A DNA stretch of 64,000 nt from an uncultured Alphaproteobacteria bacterium (GCA_913046035.1 CAJWSW010000006.1:6493-70492); one strand, 5' to 3'; counted from the first letter of the stretch, positions 10,475-22,357 are shown. Notes: a model not told the origin generated them from the letters alone. Numbers and translations: made by a program.

Positions 10475-11226
10475 AATAGCAATCGCGCGCGCGCGCCTTC
10501 CTTTTCAAGAATTTCTGCATCCGCAATATCGATCGCATCAGGCGTACCGACGTGATACCAGTCACCGTCATGAGCAATACCATAAAGGCGCCCAGCTTCC
10601 AGTGCTCTATCGTAAAGTCGATTTATTGAAAAAGAACCGGACGGCGCATCCCTAAATAAACGTGGATGCAATATCTGCACACCAGTGAAGACATACGGCG
10701 CAATTTGTCGTTCCGGCCGACGTGTCAATTCACCCAACGCGTCCATCATAAAATCTCCATCGCCCCCATAACCGGTTGCCTGAACCGTCGCTGTCAACAT
10801 CAGGAGGGCATCCATCTTCTCTTCATCCCAGACGCGAGCTAACCGGTGCAGAGCCGGTATCGAAGCATCTCGCCAAATAACATCAGCATTTACTGCATAG
10901 AATGCTTGGTCACCCAGGAAAGGAAGTGCCTTCAGTATCCCACCGCCAGTTTCTAACAACTCTTCCTCGCGTGAAATATTTATCTTTAAGCCCTTTCGGT
11001 TAGCCAAATGATCCTCAATTTTATGGGGTAACCAATGCGTGTTAACTGTGACCGCAGCTACCCCTGCACTCTGCAACCTATCGAGCGCCTGATCGAGCAT
11101 AGTTTTCCCCCCAACCTCCAACAAAGGTTTAGGGCAAATCTGAGTTAGTGGTCGCATTCGAAGGCCCAGCCCAGCAGCTAGCACCATCGCATGGGTTGGT
11201 ACCCGATATGACCGCACACTGGTCAT
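10471..11226 (-). CDS. murU: Nucleotidyltransferase (MurU-like)
   Basis: AMVLAAGLGLRMRPLT..PKPL and LLETGGG; tsaE-amgK-murU-addB synteny. Confidence 0.8.
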   Translation of the reverse strand: MTSVRSYRVPTHAMVLAAGLGLRMRPLTQICPKPLLEVGGKTMLDQALDRLQSAGVAAVTVNTHWLPHKIEDHLANRKGLKINISREEELLETGGGILKALPFLGDQAFYAVNADVIWRDASIPALHRLARVWDEEKMDALLMLTATVQATGYGGDGDFMMDALGELTRRPERQIAPYVFTGVQILHPRLFRDAPSGSFSINRLYDRALEAGRLYGIAHDGDWYHVGTPDAIDIADAEILEKEGARARLLF

Positions 11227-12239
11227 AATGTGCTTCGATTAGAAGGAACAACACGATGGTCAGTAGGCACATATTCGTCTAGCCAGGTTTTCAATTCCCC
11301 GAGTGCCGGATGCATTACCGCCCGTTCAAGAAGACGCCAAACGCGCGGAACATGTTCCAAATATGAGACCTTGCCGTCACGATCTCGCAAACGCGTGAAA
11401 ATACCAAGCACCTTGCAGTGCCGCTGCGCTCCAAGGATGGCGCAGGAGCGGTCAAACAAGGTTTCATCGAGGTCTGGGAAAGCTTTTAGGTAACGTGTGC
11501 GGATCGCCTTAGTAACGCTATCGGGAACGTCTCGACGGGCGTCCTCAAGGAGTGAAATTAAATCGTAGGTCACGGGGCCTTTTACTGCATCCTGAAAATC
11601 GAGTAGACCGCAAGCCGCTATGCCGTCACGCATACCAACACGTATAAGGTTGTCGACATGAAAATCCCGGAGGACGAGTGTTTCAGGAACACCTCTGGCC
11701 CTTGGCAGTAAAGCGCGCCAAATCTCTCGATAGAGGGCAAACGCATTCTCATTGGACGATTTTGGCAAAACACTTGGTAAGTACCACTCCGTCAGGAGTG
11801 CCGCTTCTTTTTCAAAAAGGGCGTTGTCATATGGTAACAAACCGCTCGGGATAACATCGTGCGCAGGCCGCCGGTGAAGGTCAATCAATAAATCAACAGC
11901 AAGTGTGTATAGCTCTTCAGGCCGCGTACCGCCATCAAGCAGCCGCGAAAATGTCTCGTCACCGAGATCTTCAAGTAAAAGAAACCCCCGTTCCACGTCT
12001 TCAGCAAGGATAATAGGTGCGCTGTATCCACATTCCTTAAGTTTCCGCGCGATCAGGAGGAACGGTCGGACATCCTCCCGGTCAGGTGGAGCATCCATCA
12101 ATACTGCTCGTTCCGACCCCTGGCTAACGCGTTCGTAGCGACGAAAAGATGCATCCTCCGCCAGTGTGCAATGTTGCGCCTCCGCCCAGCCTGCGGATGC
12201 CAGAAAACGCTCGAGCGCTTCGGTGCGTCCGGCGCTCAT
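11223..12239 (-). CDS. amgK: Aminoglycoside-phosphotransferase-family kinase (AmgK-like anomeric MurNAc/GlcNAc kinase)
   Basis: DASFRRY, LEDLG, RDFHVDNL, LDFQDA; lies between tsaE and murU. Confidence 0.8.
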   Translation of the reverse strand: MSAGRTEALERFLASAGWAEAQHCTLAEDASFRRYERVSQGSERAVLMDAPPDREDVRPFLLIARKLKECGYSAPIILAEDVERGFLLLEDLGDETFSRLLDGGTRPEELYTLAVDLLIDLHRRPAHDVIPSGLLPYDNALFEKEAALLTEWYLPSVLPKSSNENAFALYREIWRALLPRARGVPETLVLRDFHVDNLIRVGMRDGIAACGLLDFQDAVKGPVTYDLISLLEDARRDVPDSVTKAIRTRYLKAFPDLDETLFDRSCAILGAQRHCKVLGIFTRLRDRDGKVSYLEHVPRVWRLLERAVMHPALGELKTWLDEYVPTDHRVVPSNRSTL

Positions 12240-12700
12240 CTCAATGCCGAAATGTGAGCAATGCGGGCCGCTTCATCGATACCAAACTCGAGATGTATCC
12301 AAATCGCGCTGGAGGGTAAAAGTTCTTCGATTAAATCGGCCCATTCTATCAATAACGCACCTTCGGTAAGGGCCTCCTCAAGTCCAGTTTCCCATGCTTC
12401 ATCGGGTTGAGAAATCCGGTAAAAATCGAAGTGATAGACTGGAAAATCAGGGAACTCGTATTGCTGTACTATGGTGAAAGTAGGGCTCGGGACCATTCCG
12501 ATTTCGACACCCATTCCTAGGCCACGTGCTTTTATCAGCGCGCGTGCAAACACCGACTTTCCGGCGCCAAGATCGCCAGTAAGCGCGATAACGTCCCCGC
12601 GGCGGAGCTCAGCCGCAACGTTTTCCGCTAACGCTTCGGTCGCTAGCTGGTTTGGCAATTCGATTTTTCGCGCCTCTGCCAAGCTTCGAAGTTGAAACAT
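12236..12700 (-). CDS. tsaE: tRNA threonylcarbamoyladenosine biosynthesis ATPase
   Basis: GDLGAGKS, VPSPTF, HFDFYR, LIEW. Confidence 0.95.
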   Translation of the reverse strand: MFQLRSLAEARKIELPNQLATEALAENVAAELRRGDVIALTGDLGAGKSVFARALIKARGLGMGVEIGMVPSPTFTIVQQYEFPDFPVYHFDFYRISQPDEAWETGLEEALTEGALLIEWADLIEELLPSSAIWIHLEFGIDEAARIAHISALR

Positions 12701-12969
12701 TCCATTGGTTTATCGCCACGGCCGATTCCGCGCAAATGAAGAAGAAGTGCATTGAAAAGAATGATAATATAGGGCGGGTGCAATGATTTCATTGTCATCG
12801 ACGCTGGAAGAGCACTAACTTTTAAAAACTTTTGTTGTGGCGTTGGGCTTTCGCTCTAAAGAGCATCCACAATATGTTTGACCCGACTTTTGTGCACCGC
12901 CATTACTCACGCAAAATATGGATGTATCCTACCAGAAATGCCGATCTGACGAAATTTTTTCATTGGGTC

Positions 12970-14385
<1,416 letters not shown>

Positions 14386-14794
14386 TCAATAAATGATAAT
14401 AAAACTGGGGAGCTGGATAGCGCGCCGCTGAATGAGAGATAAATCATCTTTAATCGTTTTCATTCCTCGGCTTAGATAGGCCATTGATAAATATAAGTCC
14501 GCCGAGACACTTGCAAAGAACAACACCTGTGAGCTTTAAACAAGTTATAGAGGCTGGGCGGAATCGGCCAAGTGTCCGGGGCAGTTTTAAACAAAAATTC
14601 GAGCTTTCCGCTGATCTTGTGCGACCCTGACCCCGTTGGAAAGTAAAAATCGTACAGGGCGATGCTTTTCCTAGACCATAAAACTTGTCGGGACTTTCTC
14701 CGAAGCCGCGTTTAGCCGGCGCCGGTCAGGGATAAAATAACCAAGCCAATTGCAGACATGTCAGCCGTTTTGTCGACATTAGTGGATGGCCTAT

Positions 14795-15703
14795 TTACTC
14801 ACCGCCATTCAAATCTCGGTGGCTAATGCTTACCCGTTCATTAATTCCCATCAACCAGTCTTTCAGTCGCTCGGCGACATAAACGGACCGGTGCTTACCA
14901 CCGGTGCAACCAACCGCAATAGTCAGGTAGCTTTTACCTTCCGCGCCATAGCGCGGTAGTAAAGGTTCGAGCAAATTGGTCAAGTTGCTTAGAAAAGATT
15001 TAAATCCAGCGTCGCGCTTTATAAATTCGCCAATCAGTGCGTCCCTCCCGGTAAGTCCGCGGAGGTTTTCCTCGTAGTGCGGGTTTTTTAGAAAACGAAC
15101 ATCGAATACCAAATCAGCTTCGCGTGGAACACCATGGCGGTAGGCAAATGAAGTAACGAAAATCGCAAGCCCAGGGGCATTATCCAATCCATAATTTGAC
15201 TCCAAAAGACCTCGCAGGTGGCTTATGGCCATATCAGTGGTGTCAATGACTTCGTCGGCGCGGTCACGAAGTGGCGCCAGCAGACGGCGTTCACCTTGTA
15301 TTCCATCGATAACACGGCGATCGGGCGCGACTGGGTGTCGACGTCGGGTCTCTGAAAATCGACGACGCAGCACCTCAGAATCGCAATCGAGAAATAGCAA
15401 ACGCAGTTTCAGGTCTTCTCTTCCGATCAATACGTCAATTTCCTCTAGGAATGGCTCAGCGCCAAAATCGCGCGTGCGCGCATCAACACCAATCGCAAGC
15501 GGGCGGTCACTTCCATTTCCAGGCGAGGGCAGGCTGGACAGCAACGACAAGGGAAGATTGTCCACTGCTTCATAACCAAGGTCCTCTAGTGCCTTAAGCG
15601 CTGTAGATCTGCCGGCACCTGACATGCCGGTAACAATGACAATCAACGAGGTTTTTTCGGACTGCATCGCGCCATATTCAGGGCCCCCGGTCCTTTTACT
15701 CAT
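14795..15703 (-). CDS. rapZ: RNase adapter RapZ-family P-loop protein
   Basis: VTGMSGAGRS, DNLP, ETRRRHP, FDVRFL.NP, GCTGGKHRSV; start placed at MSKR (15703). Confidence 0.93.
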   Translation of the reverse strand: MSKRTGGPEYGAMQSEKTSLIVIVTGMSGAGRSTALKALEDLGYEAVDNLPLSLLSSLPSPGNGSDRPLAIGVDARTRDFGAEPFLEEIDVLIGREDLKLRLLFLDCDSEVLRRRFSETRRRHPVAPDRRVIDGIQGERRLLAPLRDRADEVIDTTDMAISHLRGLLESNYGLDNAPGLAIFVTSFAYRHGVPREADLVFDVRFLKNPHYEENLRGLTGRDALIGEFIKRDAGFKSFLSNLTNLLEPLLPRYGAEGKSYLTIAVGCTGGKHRSVYVAERLKDWLMGINERVSISHRDLNGGE

Positions 15704-16150
15704 TGTTTTAGTAAATCCTTTTTCTCGGTTTTGGTCGCGGCAATGACCCAAACTGCTGTCCAAGCCCAAAGACACAACTTTATCGGCCTGAACACCTCAA
15801 ACGGGTCGATTAATATCCCGCGGATTTGCACCCCCAGATGCTCATATCGATCAGCGTCTTGCAACCGTTGAATGACAGCACAGTCTTCGAGATCACAAAT
15901 TAAGCCTAGTACCAGATCACTAACGTAGGGAATTTAATGCACTCCATCGCCTCGGACCTCAATACGACCCGTCAAAACTAAAATTAATGATGCGATAGCC
16001 TCGCCATCACGCTCCTTGACTAAAACCTGGTCATCTGAAATCAGAAAACCACTTGCATCGATCGAACGAAACGCAAGACGTTAATTGTCGGCCTCAAACG
16101 GACCGTGCAGGAGAACAACAAACCCACCTAATAAAAAATTTGGATTAATG
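15700..16150 (-). pseudogene. hprK: Degraded HPr kinase/phosphorylase (short alphaproteobacterial type)
   Basis: One minus-strand frame reads GGFVVLLHGPFEADN*RLAFRSID...LISDDQV...GRIEVRGDGVH*...LICDL...IQRL...LGVQ...IDPFE; in-frame TAA at 16081-16083 and 15934-15936; sits between chvG and rapZ. Confidence 0.85.
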
Positions 16151-16159
16151 TCTTGGCAA

Positions 16160-17767
16160 TTATGAGGGTGTTGTGGGCAGGCAAACGACGAAACGCGCGC
16201 CCGTCTTCTGACCGTCAACGCCTCTCAGGTTCTCAGCATGGATAGTGCCACCATGGGCTTCAATAATTTGGCGCGAAATACTGAGGCCGAGCCCGGAATG
16301 ACGTCCAAAACTCTCACTCTCAGGACGCTCCGAATAAAATCTCTCAAATATTGATTCCAAACTTTTATCAGGAATACCTGGACCACGATCTTCTATAGAA
16401 ATACTTAATTCCAGGCGGTTCCGCGCCATCACTATTGAGATCTCTTCCCCCGGCGGCGTGAATGAACGAGCATTACTGATCAAGTTTTGAAAAACTTGAA
16501 CCAGTCGCCCCTCTATACCACGGACGGTATAACCTGTCTGATCATCGCGCAAAACGAGACGAAGGCCCATGACCTCACCTATCTGGCCAGCCTCCGCGGG
16601 CTGTTGCACCTCCACCAGCGCGAGCAACAACTTTTCAAGATCGACTATTTCCATCTCCCCACGTGCAAGCTCTGCATCGAGTCGCGAAGCGTCCGAGATA
16701 TCACTGATCAAACGATCGAGACGTTTTACGTCATCCTGAATGATGTCCATCAACGCTGTTTGCTTTTCCGGATCCCGAACACGGGAAACTGTCTCAACCG
16801 CACTGCGAAGCGACGTAAGGGGATTTTTGATTTCATGAGCAACATCTGCAGCGAATCGCTCATTAGCCTCAATCCGTTGCCAGAGCGACTCAGTCATGTC
16901 GCGTAATGCCTCTGATAGATCTCCGATTTCGTCCTTCCGGCTAGAAAAGTTTGGAATTGCGCTTATCTCACCATGACCCGAGCGCACTCTGTCGGCTGCT
17001 GATGCAAGGCGCCGCACCGGACGGGCGATTGCCCCTGCAAGGTACAGAGAAAGAAGCACTGTAACGCCGAGAGCAATGCCGAATACCCCTAGGATATCAA
17101 AGCGGACATCACGGACTTTAGTGTCGATCTCCTCGGAGTCTGCAGTGACCAATATGGCGCCGAGCACCTGCCTAAATCTTTGAACGGGGACCGCGACCCC
17201 AAGTTTTATCCGACCGCTTGATAGTGACCAACGGTCGGCACTAGGTACTCCAGTAAGTGCTTCAGATAAAACTGGCAGTCTTGCAACGTCGAGCGGCGCC
17301 GACTCTGGGAACGCCGGCTCCTCGTTGCGTTGGGGAAGCAATGCCAGGAATGCATCATACACACGATAAAAGAAAGTCCCGCCGGACACTTTATCACCCG
17401 GAGTCGGCAACGGTTCAACCTGAACAGCGCCGCGATGACCCGCCAAGAATTGGCTGTCAGCGATTTCCGCTCCTCTCGCATCAAAAATGATTGTTCGCGT
17501 TCGCGTTGGCGCGGTCAGGCGACGAAGCATCAGCCGCGCCGCGCCGGGCCGCAAATACTGCGCGCCGTTTTCTTTTTGCGCGACTGCGCCCTGACCTAAG
17601 GCGCCGGCAAAAATCTCTGCCTGGGTTTCAAGAGCGTCGAGGTCTGCTTCAATCAACCCGTCGCGATATTCATCTAAATATAGAATTCCGATCACCAAAA
17701 TAGCGAGCGGAAAAACGTTTACGGTGAGAATACGCCGGGTAAGAGGAGAGAAAAGACGAAAAGTCAT
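16160..17767 (-). CDS. chvG: Sensor histidine kinase ChvG/ExoS family
   Basis: Two TM segments, HAMP, DVAHEIKNPL H-box, HATPase with FERFYSERP and HSGLGL. Confidence 0.93.
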   Translation of the reverse strand: MTFRLFSPLTRRILTVNVFPLAILVIGILYLDEYRDGLIEADLDALETQAEIFAGALGQGAVAQKENGAQYLRPGAARLMLRRLTAPTRTRTIIFDARGAEIADSQFLAGHRGAVQVEPLPTPGDKVSGGTFFYRVYDAFLALLPQRNEEPAFPESAPLDVARLPVLSEALTGVPSADRWSLSSGRIKLGVAVPVQRFRQVLGAILVTADSEEIDTKVRDVRFDILGVFGIALGVTVLLSLYLAGAIARPVRRLASAADRVRSGHGEISAIPNFSSRKDEIGDLSEALRDMTESLWQRIEANERFAADVAHEIKNPLTSLRSAVETVSRVRDPEKQTALMDIIQDDVKRLDRLISDISDASRLDAELARGEMEIVDLEKLLLALVEVQQPAEAGQIGEVMGLRLVLRDDQTGYTVRGIEGRLVQVFQNLISNARSFTPPGEEISIVMARNRLELSISIEDRGPGIPDKSLESIFERFYSERPESESFGRHSGLGLSISRQIIEAHGGTIHAENLRGVDGQKTGARFVVCLPTTPS

Positions 17768-17803
17768 TTGGGTAAATTATAGCAGCACCGAACTACACGA
17801 CCC

Positions 17804-18544
17804 TTACAATTCGCGAAATCGATATCCAATTCCATACAGAGTTTCAATTGCTCCGAAGTCAGGATCTGCTGTTCGGAACTTTTTGCGAAGACGCTTGATG
17901 TGGCTGTCAATAGTTCGATCGTCAACATAGATGGACTCACCATAGGCCGCATCCATAAGCTGCTCGCGCGATTTAACGTGGCCTGGATGCTGCGCAAGAA
18001 CTTTAAGGATTAGAAATTCCGTTACTGTTAGATCAACCCCTATTTTTTGCCACGTGCAGCTAAATCGGTCCAGATCCAACCGTAAGTCGCCACGAACGAT
18101 GGGCGGCTCAGAAGTTGTCACTTCGTGTTCTTTGAAATAGTTGCCGTGGCGACGAAGTAATGTCCGGATGCGTTCTATTAAAAGCCGCTGGGAAAAAGGC
18201 TTTTTGATATAATCATCCGCACCCATTCGCAATCCTAGAATTTCATCTACTTCATCTTCTTTAGACGTCAGAAAGATAACGGGCATTTTAGATTGCCGTC
18301 GCAGACGGCCGAGTAGTTCCATCCCATCCATGCGCGGCATTTTGATATCCAAGATTGCAAGATCCACGGGTCGAGCGGACAATCCACGAAGTGCAGAGTC
18401 GCCATCAGAATAAGTTCGCACTTCAAAACCTTCTGCTTCGAGTGTCATGGATACCGAGGTTAAAATGTTTCGATCATCGTCGACTAACGCGATCGACGCA
18501 GGATTCGATTGAGCGTTGGATTGGATAAGCGCGTTGGTCATCAT
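17804..18544 (-). CDS. chvI: Response regulator ChvI
   Basis: [36 protein letters not shown]; start uncertain (18544 or 18541). Confidence 0.95.
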   Translation of the reverse strand: MMTNALIQSNAQSNPASIALVDDDRNILTSVSMTLEAEGFEVRTYSDGDSALRGLSARPVDLAILDIKMPRMDGMELLGRLRRQSKMPVIFLTSKEDEVDEILGLRMGADDYIKKPFSQRLLIERIRTLLRRHGNYFKEHEVTTSEPPIVRGDLRLDLDRFSCTWQKIGVDLTVTEFLILKVLAQHPGHVKSREQLMDAAYGESIYVDDRTIDSHIKRLRKKFRTADPDFGAIETLYGIGYRFREL

Positions 18545-18759
18545 TATCACATTAATACTCTGGGTTGGGCGTTTAGATAGAAAAGTTGCCACATTGCGTT
18601 TCTTTTGACGACACTCAGGTGTGAGAGATGCCTTATATGATCAGTTAAGTCTGAAACATACCGAGGCTTTCCGCCAAACATTTTGATTTTTAACGTATAC
18701 GTCTTAATTGCGGCCGAAATAGGGCATGAGCATTAAACTCCGAGCGAAGTCAGTTAAAC

Positions 18760-19521
18760 ATGAGTGGATCTCAATCGATGAAAAATGACACCAAAACCAA
18801 CGAGCCTGCCCCCGGGGCTCTGTCGCGCCGGCTTGTTCGCGCTTGTGATCGGGCTGTTTTATCGACTTCGTTAGTAAACACGGAATGGCCTTACGGCTCA
18901 CTGGTAATGACAGCATGCGACCATGGCGCTAAACCAATTCTGCTGATTTCGGATTTAGCAGAACACACCACAAACCTTGCGACTAATAATCGCGCGTCTC
19001 TTTTATTCGACGGAACAGTTGGCCTCGACAACCCTCTCACCGGTGCGCGTGTTTCGGTTTTGGGAACAATAGCAAGAACTGAAGATCCCTTCCTGAAAGC
19101 ACGCTACATGTCCCGTCACCCAGAAAGCGAGGTTTTCGCTAACTTTGGAGACTTCAATTTTTACGAAATGGCAGTGGAACGCGCTCACATCGTCGCTGGT
19201 TTCGGCCTGATTAATTGGGTAGAAAAAGCAGAGCTTATATTCGACACTTCCGGATTTGAAACACTAGCGGAAGCCGAAAACGATATCGTCAGCCATATGA
19301 ACGAAGACCATTCCGACGCAATCACCCTCTATGCAACTTCATTATGCAACTTGCCAGACGGCGACTGGAAAATGACCGGCGTTGACCCAGAAGGGTGTGA
19401 TCTTCGGCTTGGCGGCGAGGTTGCCCGGGTTGACTTTAATAGGCCCGTGACAGACGCAGAGACTGCGAGATCAGAACTTGTCAAATTGGTTAAAGCCGCC
19501 CGCAAACCAAACAACGAGTAG
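18760..19521 (+). CDS. HugZ/pyridoxamine 5'-phosphate oxidase-like split-barrel protein with C-terminal DUF2470-type domain
   Basis: PYGSLV, ISDLAEHT.NL, VAGFG, HMNEDH, GVDPEG motifs. Confidence 0.8.
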   Translation: MSGSQSMKNDTKTNEPAPGALSRRLVRACDRAVLSTSLVNTEWPYGSLVMTACDHGAKPILLISDLAEHTTNLATNNRASLLFDGTVGLDNPLTGARVSVLGTIARTEDPFLKARYMSRHPESEVFANFGDFNFYEMAVERAHIVAGFGLINWVEKAELIFDTSGFETLAEAENDIVSHMNEDHSDAITLYATSLCNLPDGDWKMTGVDPEGCDLRLGGEVARVDFNRPVTDAETARSELVKLVKAARKPNNE

Positions 19522-19582
19522 ATGCTAGCCGTGGCAAAAAGTTGAAAAGCCGAAAGTCTCCACCAGTCTGATTCATTGGCGT

Positions 19583-19610
19583 TTGACTCCCGCTTTTCCG
19601 AGGGTATGTT
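19583..19610 (+). promoter_or_regulatory. Putative sigma70 promoter of pckA
   Basis: TTGACT-N16-TATGTT about 100 nt upstream of the GTG start. Confidence 0.4.
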
Positions 19611-19707
19611 GCAGGGGTCTAAAAATCAGAAATATCTGGGGAAATTCGTCCTACCTCGAGGGCAAGATAGAACCTCAGAATTTTTCGGTTATGCTCAGGA
19701 GGTAAAC

Positions 19708-21312
19708 GTGAAGCACACTGGACGTCCCAGCTCATTCGGCCTTGAGAACCATGGTCTGGATAACTTGGTCAGCGCGCACTGGAACTTGTCGATCCCGGCG
19801 CTGTACGAACATTCGCTGCGACGCGGTGAAAGCGAGCTAGCGGCAGGCGGCGGCCTTGTCGTGACCACAGGCGAATACACCGGTCGTTCTCCAAAGGATA
19901 AATATATCGTCGACGAACCGGAGAACAGCGGCAACATCTGGTGGGGTCCAGTGAACAATAAGATTTCCTCAGACAATTTTAATACAATGCGCAACCGAAT
20001 GCTGGCGTATCTGCAACATAAAGAGGTGTTCGTTCAGGACTGTTATGCCGGTGCAGATCCAGATTACCGCATTAAAGTTCGCGTCATCACTGAACAGGCT
20101 TGGCACAGCCTTTTTGCGCAGAATATGTTCATCAACCCGTCAGAAGATGAGCATGCTGATTTTGAGCCTGATTTCACAATCCTACACGCGCCAAACCTTC
20201 AGTCGGTGCCTAACATTGACGGAACAGGGTCAGAAGTGTTTGTGATGCTAAACTTTGCCGAAAAGTTGATCCTAGTAGGCGGATCGCATTACACTGGCGA
20301 AATCAAAAAAACAATTTTCTCAGTCCTCAATTACTTATTACCGGCAAAAAATGTGCTCCCTATGCACTGCTCGGCGAATATCGGTGAGAAAGGGGATACA
20401 GCTATTTTCTTTGGGCTTTCGGGCACCGGCAAAACAACACTATCTTCAGATCCAACAAGGATGCTCATCGGCGATGATGAACACGGTTGGTCCGATAATG
20501 GAGTCTTTAATTTTGAAGGTGGGTGCTACGCTAAGGCCATCAACCTCTCTCAAGAGGCGGAACCTGAAATTTATGCCGCATCGCTGCGCTTTGGAACGGT
20601 CCTTGAAAATGTAACGCTGGACCCATTAACTAAATTCCCAAACTTTGATGACGATTCGCTTACTGAAAATACCCGATCGTCTTACCCGCTAAACTACATT
20701 CCAGGGACTAGTGTCTCCGGGATGGGCGGTCAGCCAGAGAATATCGTTATGCTCACGGCTGATGCGTTTGGTGTGCTACCACCCATTAGCCAATTGACAG
20801 CGGATCAGGCTATGTATCACTTCCTATCCGGTTATACAGCGCGGCTAGCAGGCACCGAACGTGGCGTCGACACGCCGCAGGCGACCTTCTCCACCTGCTT
20901 TGGCGCGCCTTTTCTTCCACGGCACCCGACAGTTTACGCAAAACTTCTCGGCGAACGCATTGAAAAGAGCGGAGCCAAATGCTGGCTCGTCAATACAGGT
21001 TGGAGTGGTGGCGCTTTTGGGACCGGAGAGCGCATGAAGATTGCCCATACCCGAACGATGGTGCGCGCCGCGGTGGAGGGCAGACTTTCAGCTGTCGCGT
21101 TAGCGCCTGATCCAAATTTCGGTTTACTAATCCCTGAAAATGTCCCCGACATACCCAAGGAAGTTTTGAACCCAAAAGAAACCTGGGATGATAAGAGCGG
21201 TTATGACGCCACTGCCCGCGATCTCGCGCATCGATTTGAGAGCAACTTCAAACAGTTTGAGGATGCCGTCACAGAGGATGTCAAAGCGGCGGGAATTCGC
21301 GCTGCTGCCTGA
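19708..21312 (+). CDS. pckA: Phosphoenolpyruvate carboxykinase (ATP)
   Basis: TGRSPKDK, MHCSAN, GLSGTGKTTLS, IGDDEHGW, NFEGGCYAK; GTG start after AGGAGG. Confidence 0.98.
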   Translation: MKHTGRPSSFGLENHGLDNLVSAHWNLSIPALYEHSLRRGESELAAGGGLVVTTGEYTGRSPKDKYIVDEPENSGNIWWGPVNNKISSDNFNTMRNRMLAYLQHKEVFVQDCYAGADPDYRIKVRVITEQAWHSLFAQNMFINPSEDEHADFEPDFTILHAPNLQSVPNIDGTGSEVFVMLNFAEKLILVGGSHYTGEIKKTIFSVLNYLLPAKNVLPMHCSANIGEKGDTAIFFGLSGTGKTTLSSDPTRMLIGDDEHGWSDNGVFNFEGGCYAKAINLSQEAEPEIYAASLRFGTVLENVTLDPLTKFPNFDDDSLTENTRSSYPLNYIPGTSVSGMGGQPENIVMLTADAFGVLPPISQLTADQAMYHFLSGYTARLAGTERGVDTPQATFSTCFGAPFLPRHPTVYAKLLGERIEKSGAKCWLVNTGWSGGAFGTGERMKIAHTRTMVRAAVEGRLSAVALAPDPNFGLLIPENVPDIPKEVLNPKETWDDKSGYDATARDLAHRFESNFKQFEDAVTEDVKAAGIRAAA

Positions 21313-21508
21313 GGACACTCATCGGATACAAAAAGCAGCCTTTGGGTTGTTCATGTCGGTTCGGTAACACTTTCTTGGTAAATATACATCCAAGATGTTG
21401 CGTAACAATCTGCCGCCCAGTCTGAAAATCCAAATGATTAAACGTTGTAACAGATCACCGACGAAAATGGTTGATCGGCAGGTTATTCAGAAATCCCAAA
21501 CCGTTTGA

Positions 21509-22129
21509 TTAGTGCACTAACCGGCGACAATTTTTGCGTTTCGCAGATGCATCGAGAGCGCAAAGCCGTTGTTCAATCCAAGAAATTCTATCCTCCATCG
21601 CAGCCTTTAAAAAAGGGCGATCCAGAGGGAGGCGCTGACGACGCTCTATTAAACCCTCACGAGCATTCATGTAAAACCTTTTTAGATCACTTATAGCAGC
21701 CGGAATATCGCTAGGTTCGGTCACATCAAGTAACCCGAATTTGATTGCGGCAGACGAGCGAGAGATTGGATCATCCCACTCGGGTAGTGGTAACAATATC
21801 AATTCCCGGAAAACTTGGGCGCCTTTTGGGGTTAAAGTATAAAAAAACGGGATTGAGCGGATCCAACTTTCAGTAGCGAGTATTGTGCCACTTGCGGCCG
21901 CCTTGCGAAGACCGGCAGCAATAACTTCCTGGGGTGGACGCCAACCACCACCGGTCAGGCACCAGACCGTATCAATTAATCGGGCCAGCGACGTCATGCG
22001 GCACGCTGTTGCACCATAAAGCGCGAGCTGAAGAGCAGCATCCGCATCAAGATGGCGAGGCGTTTTGCCCTCCTTTTTCGGTAAAACCGCAATTTCCGGG
22101 GTTTGGTTCAGTTCAGAAGAATGAGCCAT
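21509..22129 (-). CDS. Hypothetical protein, divergent PadR-like winged-helix regulator
   Basis: LQLALYG...W.P...YTLTPKG..F pattern and helical C-terminus resemble PadR family; AGGA RBS before MAHSS. Confidence 0.5.
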   Translation of the reverse strand: MAHSSELNQTPEIAVLPKKEGKTPRHLDADAALQLALYGATACRMTSLARLIDTVWCLTGGGWRPPQEVIAAGLRKAAASGTILATESWIRSIPFFYTLTPKGAQVFRELILLPLPEWDDPISRSSAAIKFGLLDVTEPSDIPAAISDLKRFYMNAREGLIERRQRLPLDRPFLKAAMEDRISWIEQRLCALDASAKRKNCRRLVH

Positions 22130-22204
22130 TGTTTTCCTGTTAGAGTGCACGTCTGTCTGGTTGTGGCATAGGTAAGTCTGAGCATTTCCCCGATAATTCT
22201 AAAT

Positions 22205-22223
22205 GAGAATGATAATCATTACC
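22205..22223. promoter_or_regulatory. Fur box upstream of the PadR-like gene
   Basis: GAGAATGATAATCATTACC matches the classical GATAATGATAATCATTATC at 17/19. Confidence 0.8.
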
Positions 22224-22230
22224 AGCACTT

Positions 22231-22250
22231 TAATGAGTTCTTACTCATTA
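22231..22250. promoter_or_regulatory. Perfect 8-4-8 palindromic operator
   Basis: TAATGAGT-TCTT-ACTCATTA, filling the spacer of a minus-strand TTGAGG (22251-22256) / TAAAGT (22227-22232) promoter candidate. Confidence 0.6.
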
Positions 22251-22357
22251 CCTCAAACGTACCGTTTCGATGCTACTGAAATTGCGGGAGAGGTGCCGCA
22301 AGAGAAAAAGATTGGACAAAATCGCGAGTAGAGATAGCTCTATAGTTGGTCCAAACA

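Noticed and set aside
18760..19521. HugZ-like gene as part of the iron block
   Set aside because: Separated from it by pckA, no Fur-like box seen upstream, and the position beside chvI/pckA is as I recall usual in alphaproteobacteria
22187..22203. Irr (ICE) box
   Set aside because: Only one half-site (TTCTAAA) matches TTTAGAA-N3-TTCTAAA
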